Below the pieces are notes generated by a model. The model had not been told where the DNA came from. It ran no database searches and saw nothing but the letters and a program-made list of their open reading frames with translations. 39,759 nucleotides of DNA. Source: a virus. Lineage: Duplodnaviria; Caudoviricetes. The stretch spans positions 1 to 39,759 of the IMG/VR virus record IMGVR_UViG_3300045410_000071; one strand, 5' to 3'. Positions 1-7,424 of the stretch are shown in pieces; the stretch's first letter is position 1; each line of letters begins with the position of its first letter. Made by a program: the position numbers and the translations under genes.

Positions 1-158
1 CCAACCGCGACGCCAACCGCGCCGCCAACCGCGCCGCGAACCGCGCCGTCAACCGCGCCGCCAACCGCGCCGCGAACCGCGACGTCAACCGCGTCGCGAA
101 CCGCGCCGCCAACCGCGTCGCCAACCGCGTCGCCAACCGCGACGCGAACCGCGACGCG
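1..158. repeat. 12-bp coding tandem repeat, left part (~13 units)
   Basis: Units such as ccaaccgcgccg / cgaaccgcgacg / tcaaccgcgtcg; minus strand GCG-GTT-(GGC/CGC/GAC)-(GGC/GAC/GTC) encodes A-V-[G/R/D]-[G/D/V]. Confidence 0.97.
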
Positions 159-434
159 TTTGCGCAGTTGGATCAGCAGCGCCGCAACCGGCGCTGCAAG
201 CGCAATGACGAGTGGCGATGAAACCCACACCACGCGCCCTGGCCAGGGGATCTTCGCGTGTTCGTAGCACTTGCGCGCCGCGACCTCGAACGTCTTGCGG
301 TCGGCCGGGCCCGTGCGGAGCCCGACTGAAATCCACTTGTCCGCGTGAGCGTCGAACATCGCACGCTGCGCATCGGTGAGCGCATCGACGCGCGTGACGG
401 GGCTCGAGCTGATTGTTTTCTTGTTGGCCTTCAT
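1..434 (-). CDS. 5' part of DUF6745-like protein with AVxx repeats (continues across the window junction to 38169)
   Basis: ATG at 434 after GAGGTG; reads MKANKKTISSSPVTRVDALTDAQRAMFDAHADKWISVGLRTGPADR...VVWVSSPLVIALAAP...KRVAVRVAVGDAVGD open to position 1; not in the ORF track because it runs off the edge. Confidence 0.85.
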   Translation of the reverse strand, partial: MKANKKTISSSPVTRVDALTDAQRAMFDAHADKWISVGLRTGPADRKTFEVAARKCYEHAKIPWPGRVVWVSSPLVIALAAPVAALLIQLRKRVAVRVAVGDAVGDAVGGAVRDAVDVAVRGAVGGAVDGAVRGAVGGAVGVAV

Positions 435-444
435 GGCGCGCACC

Positions 445-777
445 TCAATCCGCAACCTGGATGGGCTCGTTGTCGTCGCTCCATTCGCGCTGCCGGCGCA
501 CGCGATAGAGCCCGGGCGGCAGCTCGATCTTGCTGTGCTCCTCGTGGCGCAGACTCACGGGCGCGAGCACCTGCAGGAACACGTCGGTGTTAGCGGAGCG
601 GCCGCGAAACAGCGTCGCACTGTCCTCGTGGATCGCGTGCGCGTGGCCGGTCACTTCGCCGTAGGCCAGTACGATGCGGCCCACGTCGCGCGGCAGTGCG
701 TCGCCGAGCTCGGCGCGGTCGATCATCTCCAGCAGCACATCGCCCTGGCGGACGATGAAGGGGACTTTGATCTTCAT
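445..777 (-). CDS. Small His-rich protein, usual upstream partner of DUF6745 genes
   Basis: RQGDVLL...GEVTGHAH...HEEHSKIELPPGLYRVRRQREW motif set; AGGAG before ATG 777. Confidence 0.8.
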   Translation of the reverse strand: MKIKVPFIVRQGDVLLEMIDRAELGDALPRDVGRIVLAYGEVTGHAHAIHEDSATLFRGRSANTDVFLQVLAPVSLRHEEHSKIELPPGLYRVRRQREWSDDNEPIQVAD

Positions 778-878
778 GGATACTCCTGTGGGTTGATGGA
801 TCAACAAATCTGCAAACGTCTGCACTGGTAAAACCTTGCCGTTGCTTGCCGTCGGGAAACCCTCTTTTCCCCTCCCGT

Positions 879-1373
879 TCATGCCGCGGCCTCCATCTGC
901 ATGTCGGCCACCATTACGCGGTAGCCAGGCTGATCGCCGTCTGCTGGCACGATGACGCCGGTGATCTCGACGCCGTGGTTGTGGCGCATTTTCCCGGTGA
1001 GATCTGGCGCATCGAACTGGCGGCCGATGTACGTCCAAGGCAGGCGCAACTGCGTGCGGGTGAGCGTGCGATGCTTCAGGACGAAATCACACAAGCGCTC
1101 CTGCATCGACGGACCGCTCTGTCCCGGCGACGGCGCTTTCGCCTTCGCGAAAATCGCATCGAACTCCGGGAAGGTGGGCGGGTGCGTGACATGCTTCAGC
1201 CGGATCTGCGACAGCGCGCGCTGCACCGTCTCGTTGTCCGCGTCGTCGACGATCTCGCACCAGTCGGCCGGCGGGGTCGGGCCGTACTGCTCGGCCATGC
1301 GTGTGCCGTACCACTCCGACAGGCGTTTCCACGTGCGCAGCGCGCGAGGCGAAGGTTTAGAACGGGATGACAT
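879..1373 (-). CDS. Replication protein P-like (putative helicase loader)
   Basis: Follows the O-like gene with overlap; W...YG...W...HPPTFPEF pattern resembles lambdoid P-like proteins. Confidence 0.6.
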   Translation of the reverse strand: MSSRSKPSPRALRTWKRLSEWYGTRMAEQYGPTPPADWCEIVDDADNETVQRALSQIRLKHVTHPPTFPEFDAIFAKAKAPSPGQSGPSMQERLCDFVLKHRTLTRTQLRLPWTYIGRQFDAPDLTGKMRHNHGVEITGVIVPADGDQPGYRVMVADMQMEAAA

Positions 1374-2337
1374 TGCCGTCCTCGTCGAGGGGTTTGCCGT
1401 CGTTGTCGTAGCGCATGTCCGCCTCGGATTGGGCGTGCACGCGGTCGAACTTGGTCAGGTACTGACTGTTGCCGTTGGGCTTTCCAGGCCCGTTGCGATC
1501 GGCGTCATTGCGGCACCAGTTGCGCCATGTCGCGTCCCAGTCGAGCTTGCGAGCCTTCGCTCCGGATGCAGCGCGCCAGTAGTCGCAGAACTTCGCAAAC
1601 GTGCGCTCGGCGGGCAGTGTTTCAGCCTCTGCCACGAGTCGGCGTTCGTCGGTGAGCGTGAAGTCCGCTGGCAAGCGTGTGGCGCTGGCGGCTCGGGTTT
1701 TTGCTCCGGAAACCTTCCGTTCCCCAGTGCTCGCAGTGGGCGTCGGCGGAGCCGAAGGCGACGCACGCGCGCTTGCGCGCGCTCTAGACTCTGGTCTGGT
1801 CTTGGTCTGGTCTGGTCTGGTCTGGTCTGGTAACGCACCCATCACGCTCGCGTCACGCTGCTGCGTGACAGGTGTCACGCTACCGTCACGCTGTAGGCGC
1901 GAGCGCTTGCGTTCCTGCCGCTTCGCATTGAGGTCGCGCTTCTTTGCTTCGACGCCGTTATGTGCTTGATAGCCCGGGAGTTCCACGTGGCCATCGTCAA
2001 TCTCGACGAGCCAATCTTCTGGCAGCGCACCGGCGAATCCAGGAAGGCAAACAAGCTCGTCGATATCCGCCAGGCCGAGATCGAGCGTGTCGTCGGATCG
2101 GATGTGAGTGTCAGCGTACGACCAAAGTTTGAGCAGGCAACCCATCGTTACGATGGGAACAATCCGGTCTGACAGCGTCACCGGAACGCACGTGTCACGC
2201 TCCGGAACGCCAGCGTCACGCTCATGCGTGACAGTAGTCACGCTGGCGTCACGCAACAATTCGCGCACTTTCCTGACCGCGCGCGTGAAACGCGGATCGG
2301 TTTCGAGATCCTTCTCCCATTTCACCCAGCCGGCCAT
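1357..2337 (-). CDS. Replication initiator, O-like
   Basis: MAGWVKWEKDLETDPRF start coupled (TGATG) to upstream ORF; C-terminal FCDYW...KLDWDATWRNW initiator-type motif; internal iteron-like repeats; position after cII. Confidence 0.75.
   Translation of the reverse strand: MAGWVKWEKDLETDPRFTRAVRKVRELLRDASVTTVTHERDAGVPERDTCVPVTLSDRIVPIVTMGCLLKLWSYADTHIRSDDTLDLGLADIDELVCLPGFAGALPEDWLVEIDDGHVELPGYQAHNGVEAKKRDLNAKRQERKRSRLQRDGSVTPVTQQRDASVMGALPDQTRPDQTKTRPESRARASARASPSAPPTPTASTGERKVSGAKTRAASATRLPADFTLTDERRLVAEAETLPAERTFAKFCDYWRAASGAKARKLDWDATWRNWCRNDADRNGPGKPNGNSQYLTKFDRVHAQSEADMRYDNDGKPLDEDGNVIPF
1790..1830. repeat. Pentanucleotide tandem repeat (7 x TCTGG + 1 TCTTGG) inside O-like gene
   Basis: Direct reading; encodes PDQTRPDQTKTRP. 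Confidence 0.9.
1850..2254. promoter_or_regulatory. Putative replication origin iterons within O-like gene
   Basis: Two 42-bp blocks (1850-1891, 2213-2254; 36/42 identical) built from GTCACGC/GCGTGAC units. Confidence 0.6.
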
Positions 2338-2426
2338 CAGCACTCCCCCACCGGGCGAGGGTCGCAGCCGGCCGCATCGAGCGCGACCAGCAAGTCCTGA
2401 ATCTTGATATGGGGCGGCAGGATCAT
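2337..2426 (-). CDS. Hypothetical 29-aa protein
   Basis: ATGA overlap with cII-like stop and TGATG overlap with O-like start. Confidence 0.5.
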   Translation of the reverse strand: MILPPHIKIQDLLVALDAAGCDPRPVGEC

Positions 2427-2770
2427 CGCTGCCCCCTCCCCGGCCCCGCGTTCCCCGAAGCTCCATCGGTCCAGATGATGTCGTCCGCGGTTTCGATACC
2501 GGCCAAATGAGCCTTGGCAAGCGTCAGCAGCGCTTCGATCTTCTCGGCCGGAAAGCACTTCACTTCGACCGGCACGATCTTCAGTCCCGCATGCGCGAGC
2601 AGCTCGCAAAGGGACTCCAAGTGCTCATTTTTCAGACGCGAGACGGTGCTCTCGGATACGCCCATGACGGCCGCGATCGCGACCGCCCTTCCAGGCTCTT
2701 GCAGCGCCTGCAAGACGGTAGAAGTCATGTTGCGTGCCCTTTCAGCGGCTGGTGTTGATGCTGACGACAT
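2423..2770 (-). CDS. cII: CII-like transcriptional regulator
   Basis: HTH AIAAVMGVSESTVSRLK followed by LCELLAHAGLKIVP; position between cro and O. Confidence 0.75.
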   Translation of the reverse strand: MSSASTPAAERARNMTSTVLQALQEPGRAVAIAAVMGVSESTVSRLKNEHLESLCELLAHAGLKIVPVEVKCFPAEKIEALLTLAKAHLAGIETADDIIWTDGASGNAGPGRGQR

Positions 2771-2994
2771 CGGCCCTCGGCCCTTGTAGGTAAGCAACAA
2801 CTTGGTCGGCTTTCATGACTTGCGCGCCAATGCGGTCGCCGCAAAAGCGTGGTTCAACATCCGGCGCACACACGATCGCCTCCCCCAGGTCGAGCGCTTC
2901 GGCATACGCAACCTTGCGCGCAAAGGGAGCCGGGACCCTCGCTGTAAACTGTTGGGAGCTACCACCAACGGTTCCAACACGAGGAGTCCCGACA

Positions 2995-3468
2995 ATGGTT
3001 GACCTTTCATCCATTCAATCCGCCTACTCCGCGCTTCAGAGCGCAGGTCAAATCGTCAAGGCAATGCTTGAGCTTCGCGATGCTCAGTTGCTGAGCGAAA
3101 AGGCTCGCGAACTGTCCGGCTTCATCATCGCCGCACAAAGCCAGACACTTGAGGTTCAGGCGAAGCTGTCGACGGCAGTTGAGGAAGTACGCGAACTGAA
3201 AGAGCGCTTGATGCAGATGCAGAACTGGGAAACTGAGAAGGCGCGTTACGAACTGAAGGAAGTTGCTACCGGACGCTTTGCCTACGCGATTCGCGAAACA
3301 CAGCGAGGCATGGAGCCGCCCCATTGCCTTTGTGCAAACTGCTACGAGCGCGGCCTCAAATCGATCCTGCAGGAGGAGCACCTTGCCCATGGCCGCACGC
3401 ATCTGCTTGTGTGCCACGCCTGCAAGGCCGATGTGGTCATCAAAGGGCTGCGGCAGCGCGGTGAGTAG
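2995..3468 (+). CDS. Accessory protein (coiled coil plus C-terminal CxxC...CxxC Zn ribbon), antisense within early operon
   Basis: GAGGAG SD, ATG 2995; PHCLCANCY...LVCHAC; orientation opposite to cro and cII. Confidence 0.75.
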   Translation: MVDLSSIQSAYSALQSAGQIVKAMLELRDAQLLSEKARELSGFIIAAQSQTLEVQAKLSTAVEEVRELKERLMQMQNWETEKARYELKEVATGRFAYAIRETQRGMEPPHCLCANCYERGLKSILQEEHLAHGRTHLLVCHACKADVVIKGLRQRGE

Positions 3469-3486
3469 CGGCTTGCGCTTCATGGC

Positions 3487-3717
3487 TCAGGGCGCGGCGC
3501 GGCGCGCGGCGGAGGGTGCTGTGGGCTGCTGCCCGTGCTTCACGCGTTGTTCGTGCAATGAATGCAGACGCAGAGCTGCATCGCCACGAGGCGATGAACT
3601 CCGGCCACTTGCGAGATCCCCGACGGTCGAGGTCGCGAGCCCGGTCTGCTCACCGATTTCAGCCAGCGTCATGCCGGCGGTTTGAAGTTCCCTGATACGC
3701 GAAGCCCATGTACTCAT
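3487..3717 (-). CDS. cro: Cro-like XRE HTH regulator
   Basis: 76 aa, HTH MTLAEIGEQTGLATSTVGDLASGR; divergent from repressor. Confidence 0.8.
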   Translation of the reverse strand: MSTWASRIRELQTAGMTLAEIGEQTGLATSTVGDLASGRSSSPRGDAALRLHSLHEQRVKHGQQPTAPSAARRAAP

Positions 3718-3724
3718 GTCGCCG

Positions 3725-3778
3725 ATCCTACGGCATCCCGTAATCAGTGCGCAACGGCATCCCGTTACGGAAATCCGT
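3725..3778. promoter_or_regulatory. OR-like operator cluster and putative PR
   Basis: ACGGCATCCCGT at 3730 and 3754, ACGGAAATCCGT at 3767; minus-strand TTGCGC-18-TAGGAT ending 7 nt before cro ATG. Confidence 0.8.
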
Positions 3779-3790
3779 CAATATTCCTAC

Positions 3791-4186
3791 ATGACGGTCG
3801 GCGACAGAATCAAAGAGCGGCTCAGTGAGCTAAATCAGGACGTTAAGTGGCTGCACAGTAGAACGCACATTCCCGTCAGTTCTCTGTACGAGATCATGAA
3901 TGGCCGCATGAAAAGCACTCCGCGGCTGCCAACGATTGCGGCAGCTTTAGGACTGCGCGCCCTTTGGCTAGAACGCAAAACCGGACCACGGCTGGTCAAT
4001 GACACGGACGATCACCCAATTGCTGATTCTCAGTGGCCTTTTCGCTTCGCGCGCTCTCGATGGGATCAGCTTCCTCCACCACAAAGAAAAAAAATCGAGG
4101 GGGTCGTCGAAGAGCTGCTCCGGGCCTACGAGGCCGGCAACCTCCCGGCCGCGGCCAAAAGCCGAGCGACCCGGAAGGCCGGATAA
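3791..4186 (+). CDS. cI: CI-like repressor (XRE HTH, no S24 peptidase domain)
   Basis: MTVGDRIKERL...HIPVSSLYEIMNGRMKSTPRLPTIAAALGLRALWL; divergent from cro across operators; start chosen at ATG 3791. Confidence 0.78.
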   Translation: MTVGDRIKERLSELNQDVKWLHSRTHIPVSSLYEIMNGRMKSTPRLPTIAAALGLRALWLERKTGPRLVNDTDDHPIADSQWPFRFARSRWDQLPPPQRKKIEGVVEELLRAYEAGNLPAAAKSRATRKAG

Positions 4187-4235
4187 CGTGATCTGGCTGG
4201 CGGAATATCGGGACAAATAACGAAGGGGATTACTC

Positions 4236-4601
4236 GTGAAACTCAAGATAAATACGCTGGGTGGTGCGGCCGCGCTCCCCACCGGAACCCTGAGCATAGG
4301 CTTCAAGAATGATCGGGGGGAGCACACGCTGGAGCTGAGCCGAGCCGCACAAGAGCAACTTCTCCTTGCTCTGTTAACCAGTGCGCCCAGTGATCCCACT
4401 GGACCGGCGTTGCGTCACTTCGCACCGAACGGAGTTGGCCGATTCCAGTTAGGTCAAGACGTGGGGCTGTCATTCCTGGTGGCGCGACAAGCCGGAATCC
4501 ACCTGGTGCTGAAGCGTCCTCTTGCCAGTACGGTTCAAAAGTTGATTGAGACATTCGACGATCACTCCACTTGGAATCTGAAAGGACCGACGGCGCACTA
4601 G
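4236..4601 (+). CDS. Hypothetical protein downstream of repressor
   Basis: AGGGG SD, GTG start, 121 aa. Confidence 0.6.
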   Translation: MKLKINTLGGAAALPTGTLSIGFKNDRGEHTLELSRAAQEQLLLALLTSAPSDPTGPALRHFAPNGVGRFQLGQDVGLSFLVARQAGIHLVLKRPLASTVQKLIETFDDHSTWNLKGPTAH

Positions 4602-4625
4602 CGAAAATAACTTGAGGGGATTGCG

Positions 4626-4976
4626 ATGACCGAACAAGACACGGGCGTTACTGCCACGGAGGTATTCACCGTGCTCATTGGCTCGGATGTCTCCGGCAAG
4701 TTGTGGACAGCCGATGCCATAGCACACGAAGGAAAGCTTTGGGTCGTGCCACACTGGAGCGAAGCGCCAGAGCAAAAAATGCGTAGGCCAACGCGAATGA
4801 TCCGATTCGATCATTTGCGGCATCAGGAGCAGGGGGCGCCGTATGCGCATCGATACCTACTAGACGCGTCAATACCAGAACCTGTCCTCGATGGGCGATC
4901 AACCGAAGGATTCGAAGTTCTTTCGGGAGCTGACATAAAAGTCTGGTGCCCGATGCCGAGTCACCGACTGAATTAG
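4626..4976 (+). CDS. Hypothetical protein
   Basis: GAGGGG SD, ATG, 116 aa. Confidence 0.65.
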   Translation: MTEQDTGVTATEVFTVLIGSDVSGKLWTADAIAHEGKLWVVPHWSEAPEQKMRRPTRMIRFDHLRHQEQGAPYAHRYLLDASIPEPVLDGRSTEGFEVLSGADIKVWCPMPSHRLN

Positions 4977-5057
4977 GCACCGCGTATCCTGAAGTCGCTG
5001 GACCCGTCCGGTTGATTTCCCGCAGCTTCTCTAGCGCCCTGATGAACGGTGCGAGAC

Positions 5058-5303
5058 TCACGGCAACAACCCCTGCGTTTTGAGAATCTTTCGCACCGAC
5101 GCTACAAATTCCTCGACGCCTGGCACATCAAGCTTCTGCACCACGAGCTTTTGCGTCTGAGCGTCCAGCAACAGTACTGGCGGATCGTCGTAACCAAGCC
5201 GCTCGTAGTAGGACTTCAGGGATTCAATCTCGCGAGGGCGAGACAGAGCGCTTGCGGCCACCGGCAGCGCGAGCGCGAGGGATAGCAGGGTGCGGCGGTT
5301 CAT
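5058..5303 (-). CDS. Small exported protein made of portal-derived segments (mini-portal mosaic)
   Basis: MNRRTLLSLALALPVAASA signal, then LKSYYERLGYDDPPVLL, DAQTQKLV and LDVPGVEEFVASVRKILKTQGLL, each matching a different part of the portal at 30728-32803. Confidence 0.75.
   Translation of the reverse strand: MNRRTLLSLALALPVAASALSRPREIESLKSYYERLGYDDPPVLLLDAQTQKLVVQKLDVPGVEEFVASVRKILKTQGLLP
5169..5220. repeat. 52-bp direct repeat, copy 1 (copy 2 at 31607-31658 in portal gene)
   Basis: caacagtactggcggatcgtcgtaaccaagccgctcgtagta(g/c)gacttcagg, 51/52 identical. Confidence 0.95.
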
Positions 5304-5310
5304 GCCGCGC

Positions 5311-5340
5311 ATTCTGCGCTTTGCGGGCGCCGGTGCTCAA
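5311..5340 (-). promoter_or_regulatory. Putative sigma70 promoter for the mini-portal gene (leaderless)
   Basis: TTGAGC-18 nt-CAGAAT-7 nt-ATG(5303). Confidence 0.4.
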
Positions 5341-5417
5341 CCAGGGGAGTTCGCGCTGCAGGAGGAGCTTATCTAACCTGTCGCGGCGAGGGTCGCTATC
5401 CCGGCAGGAACGAGCCT

Positions 5418-5702
5418 TTAATTTAGCGGTTTGCATGAGAATGGCTTTAGACAATCTCGGCCGTTCGTTTCTGCGCAGGCATCCACGTTCAGCCCACTCA
5501 CCATGATCTGGCAGCCTTCGAGATCGTCACCGAAGCCGTGGACAGTTGCTACGTGATCGTTGCCCCACTTGACGACAGCGTAGTCTGTTGATGAACCGAT
5601 CCGGTTTCTCTCGAAGAAATTGGCCGGCTTGTCCAAATTATCAGACGAGCACGCCGTGAGGGTCACTGCTACGGCCACCGCCCGCAAGCAAGCGCTAACC
5701 AT
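5418..5702 (-). CDS. Putative lipoprotein (moron)
   Basis: Hydrophobic stretch ending in lipobox-like LTAC; four further Cys; exact start uncertain (5711-5702). Confidence 0.6.
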   Translation of the reverse strand: MVSACLRAVAVAVTLTACSSDNLDKPANFFERNRIGSSTDYAVVKWGNDHVATVHGFGDDLEGCQIMVSGLNVDACAETNGRDCLKPFSCKPLN

Positions 5703-5937
5703 CACATGCACATCCTGGAGGCTGGTGACAGCGTTTGTTTCGCGAGATGCATGAGTTCCCGCACGCCTTTCCTGTCGTACAGACCTTGCAGCAATACTGA
5801 TTCATGTGGGTCTCGATGCCTAGTAATCGCTGCATGATGGGTGAATGCGGCACTGGAGTTTCCAGCCTGGCATAGTCATCCGCCATCGCGGCCGATGAAC
5901 TGAGCGCCAGCAAGGCGCAAACGATCAGCTTTTTCAT
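5695..5937 (-). CDS. Secreted Cys-rich small protein (moron)
   Basis: Sec signal MKKLIVCALLALSSSAAMA; CCKVCTTGKACGNSCISRNKRCHQPPGCAC; GGAG SD. Confidence 0.75.
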   Translation of the reverse strand: MKKLIVCALLALSSSAAMADDYARLETPVPHSPIMQRLLGIETHMNQYCCKVCTTGKACGNSCISRNKRCHQPPGCACDG

Positions 5938-6010
5938 CTGGGGAATCTCCGCGTTGTTGTGACGCGCGCAGTTTGGGAATCACTCAATCCAGCGCGCCCT
6001 AACGTAGTTC

Positions 6011-6118
6011 ACGGAACTTCGTATACAAACCAGAATCGTGACCCCGGTCACACAACGGCATCCCGTCGCATTTGAATTACGGAATCCCGTTGACAGTAGA
6101 AACGGCATCCCGTAATGT
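6011..6118 (+). promoter_or_regulatory. OL-like operators and PL-like promoter
   Basis: ACGGCATCCCGT at 6055 and 6102, ACGGAATCCCGT at 6079, degenerate copy at 6011; TTGACA(6090)-17 nt-TAATGT(6113). Confidence 0.85.
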
Positions 6119-6143
6119 CCGCTCACCGAACAGGGAGACCGCC

Positions 6144-6317
6144 ATGCCCCGCACGACCCAGATCGAATCCATCCGCAGCGGCGCGACCGTGACGACGCTG
6201 GTGAGCCGCGTTGATCCGCGCACCGGCGAGCGCCGTGACGAGGCGGTCATCACGCAGCGCTACGAGCCGCTGAATCTGTCGCTGGAAGATCGCGGCCACG
6301 AAATGGTGCTGGCGTGA
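6144..6317 (+). CDS. Hypothetical early protein
   Basis: GGGAG SD; first gene after PL. Confidence 0.65.
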   Translation: MPRTTQIESIRSGATVTTLVSRVDPRTGERRDEAVITQRYEPLNLSLEDRGHEMVLA

Positions 6318-6475
6318 GCGAGCAGCACCAGGCCCTGCTCGGCATCCACAAGGGCCATCCCGCGATCTACTGCCCCGTCACCGGCGCATGCGTGATCGTG
6401 TTCCGTGCGAGTGCTCACGGCTGGCAAAAAGCCGTGAAGCTTGCAGTGGAGCTGTCGAAGGAGCTGCAGGCATGA
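6314..6475 (+). CDS. Hypothetical 53-aa early protein
   Basis: GTGA and ATGA overlaps on both sides; below ORF-track cutoff. Confidence 0.55.
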   Translation: MSEQHQALLGIHKGHPAIYCPVTGACVIVFRASAHGWQKAVKLAVELSKELQA

Positions 6476-6651
6476 GCACGCGCGAGGGCGAGACATATTT
6501 GGGGGATGCCGTTTATTGCTCCTTCGATGGCTGGCAGATCTGTCTGCGCACGGGCGACGGCAACAATCAACGCATCTACCTGGAGCCGTCTGTGTATGCG
6601 GCGCTGGTGGCGTATGTCGCAGAGCTGAAAGCGGCTCAGGTGCAGCCGTGA
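6472..6651 (+). CDS. Hypothetical early protein
   Basis: AAGGAG SD; YLGDAVYCSFDG motif; coupled overlaps. Confidence 0.65.
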   Translation: MSTREGETYLGDAVYCSFDGWQICLRTGDGNNQRIYLEPSVYAALVAYVAELKAAQVQP

Positions 6652-6896
6652 TCCCCGTCCTGCAGCCGATCACGGCTCACCCTATCAGGCGCCCCAGCTA
6701 TCACAACACGCCCGAGAATCTGGCGAGCTGGAAGCTGTGGTTCCGCGCGAACCAATCGAAGTGCTGGGACTACTGGCGCGAGCTGGAACGCGCGGCCGAC
6801 GCCGATCCGGAGCGCGCCGGCGCGATGGACGAGTTCTGGGACTTCGCGCATGCCCAACTCGACGTTGAGCGTGCTCGCCACGGGGTGCCGTTGTGA
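6648..6896 (+). CDS. Hypothetical early protein
   Basis: GTGA overlap; Trp-rich 82 aa. Confidence 0.55.
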   Translation: MIPVLQPITAHPIRRPSYHNTPENLASWKLWFRANQSKCWDYWRELERAADADPERAGAMDEFWDFAHAQLDVERARHGVPL

Positions 6897-7051
6897 GCGA
6901 GTACATCAAGGAACGCCACGGCATCGCCTGCGAGTGCCCGGAGTGCGAGCGTGCTGCGCGCCTGCGCCACGAGCAGCAGGACGAGCCGCGCGCTGAGCGC
7001 TGGTCGAACATCGAGCCGGACACCGGCCTGCGCCGTCACGGTCCGCTATGA
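6893..7051 (+). CDS. Hypothetical 52-aa protein (CxCxxC)
   Basis: GTGA/ATGA overlaps on both sides. Confidence 0.5.
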   Translation: MSEYIKERHGIACECPECERAARLRHEQQDEPRAERWSNIEPDTGLRRHGPL

Positions 7052-7239
7052 GCCCGCGCATGAACGCCACCGTCGCAATGAAGGGGAAGTGCACGACATG
7101 CCACAAGACGTTCGTCGTCACGCAGCAGCAGCAGGCCGAGGCGCGCGAAATGGGGTGTCTGTTCAGCTCCTGCTGCCACGCGGTGGCAACGGTTGAGCAG
7201 GTTGAGGTTCGTCAGTCCAACAAAGGCCGGCGGCAATGA
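7048..7239 (+). CDS. Hypothetical Cys-containing protein
   Basis: ATGA overlaps; CTTC...SCC. Confidence 0.55.
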   Translation: MSPRMNATVAMKGKCTTCHKTFVVTQQQQAEAREMGCLFSSCCHAVATVEQVEVRQSNKGRRQ

Positions 7240-7424
7240 ACTGCTTGGCGAGCATCAACGTCAACGCGATGGATCCGGTCAGCGATGCTCCCGCCGTTGC
7301 CGCCGGCCTGCGCGACGCCGCCGCGCTGTGCCGCGAGGACCAGGCCGGGCTCGCCGCCCGCCTGCTGATCGCCGCGGCGGTGATCGATGGCTTGCTGGCG
7401 CGGTTGAAGGAGCTGCCGCGATGA
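7236..7424 (+). CDS. Hypothetical protein
   Basis: ATGA overlaps on both sides. Confidence 0.55.
   Translation: MNCLASINVNAMDPVSDAPAVAAGLRDAAALCREDQAGLAARLLIAAAVIDGLLARLKELPR

Noticed and set aside
3999-4220. Alternative +1-frame C-terminus for CI (DNVIWLAEYRDK) via the A8 run at 4087-4094
   Set aside because: The A-AAA-AAA heptamer would favour -1, not +1; the in-frame C-terminus looks like a normal helix
4675-5061. Minus-strand 128-aa ORF starting at the mini-portal stop (GTGA)
   Set aside because: Mostly overlaps the better supported plus-strand gene 4626-4976; a short functional product cannot be excluded
5169-5220. Repeat pair as DGR template/variable repeat or CRISPR spacer
   Set aside because: No reverse transcriptase gene, the single mismatch is not at an adenine, and no flanking direct repeats
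6198-6230. LVSRVDPRTG in the first PL gene versus LVSVDPRTG in the ejection protein
   Set aside because: Short, common beta-turn motif; no extended similarity, unlike the portal match
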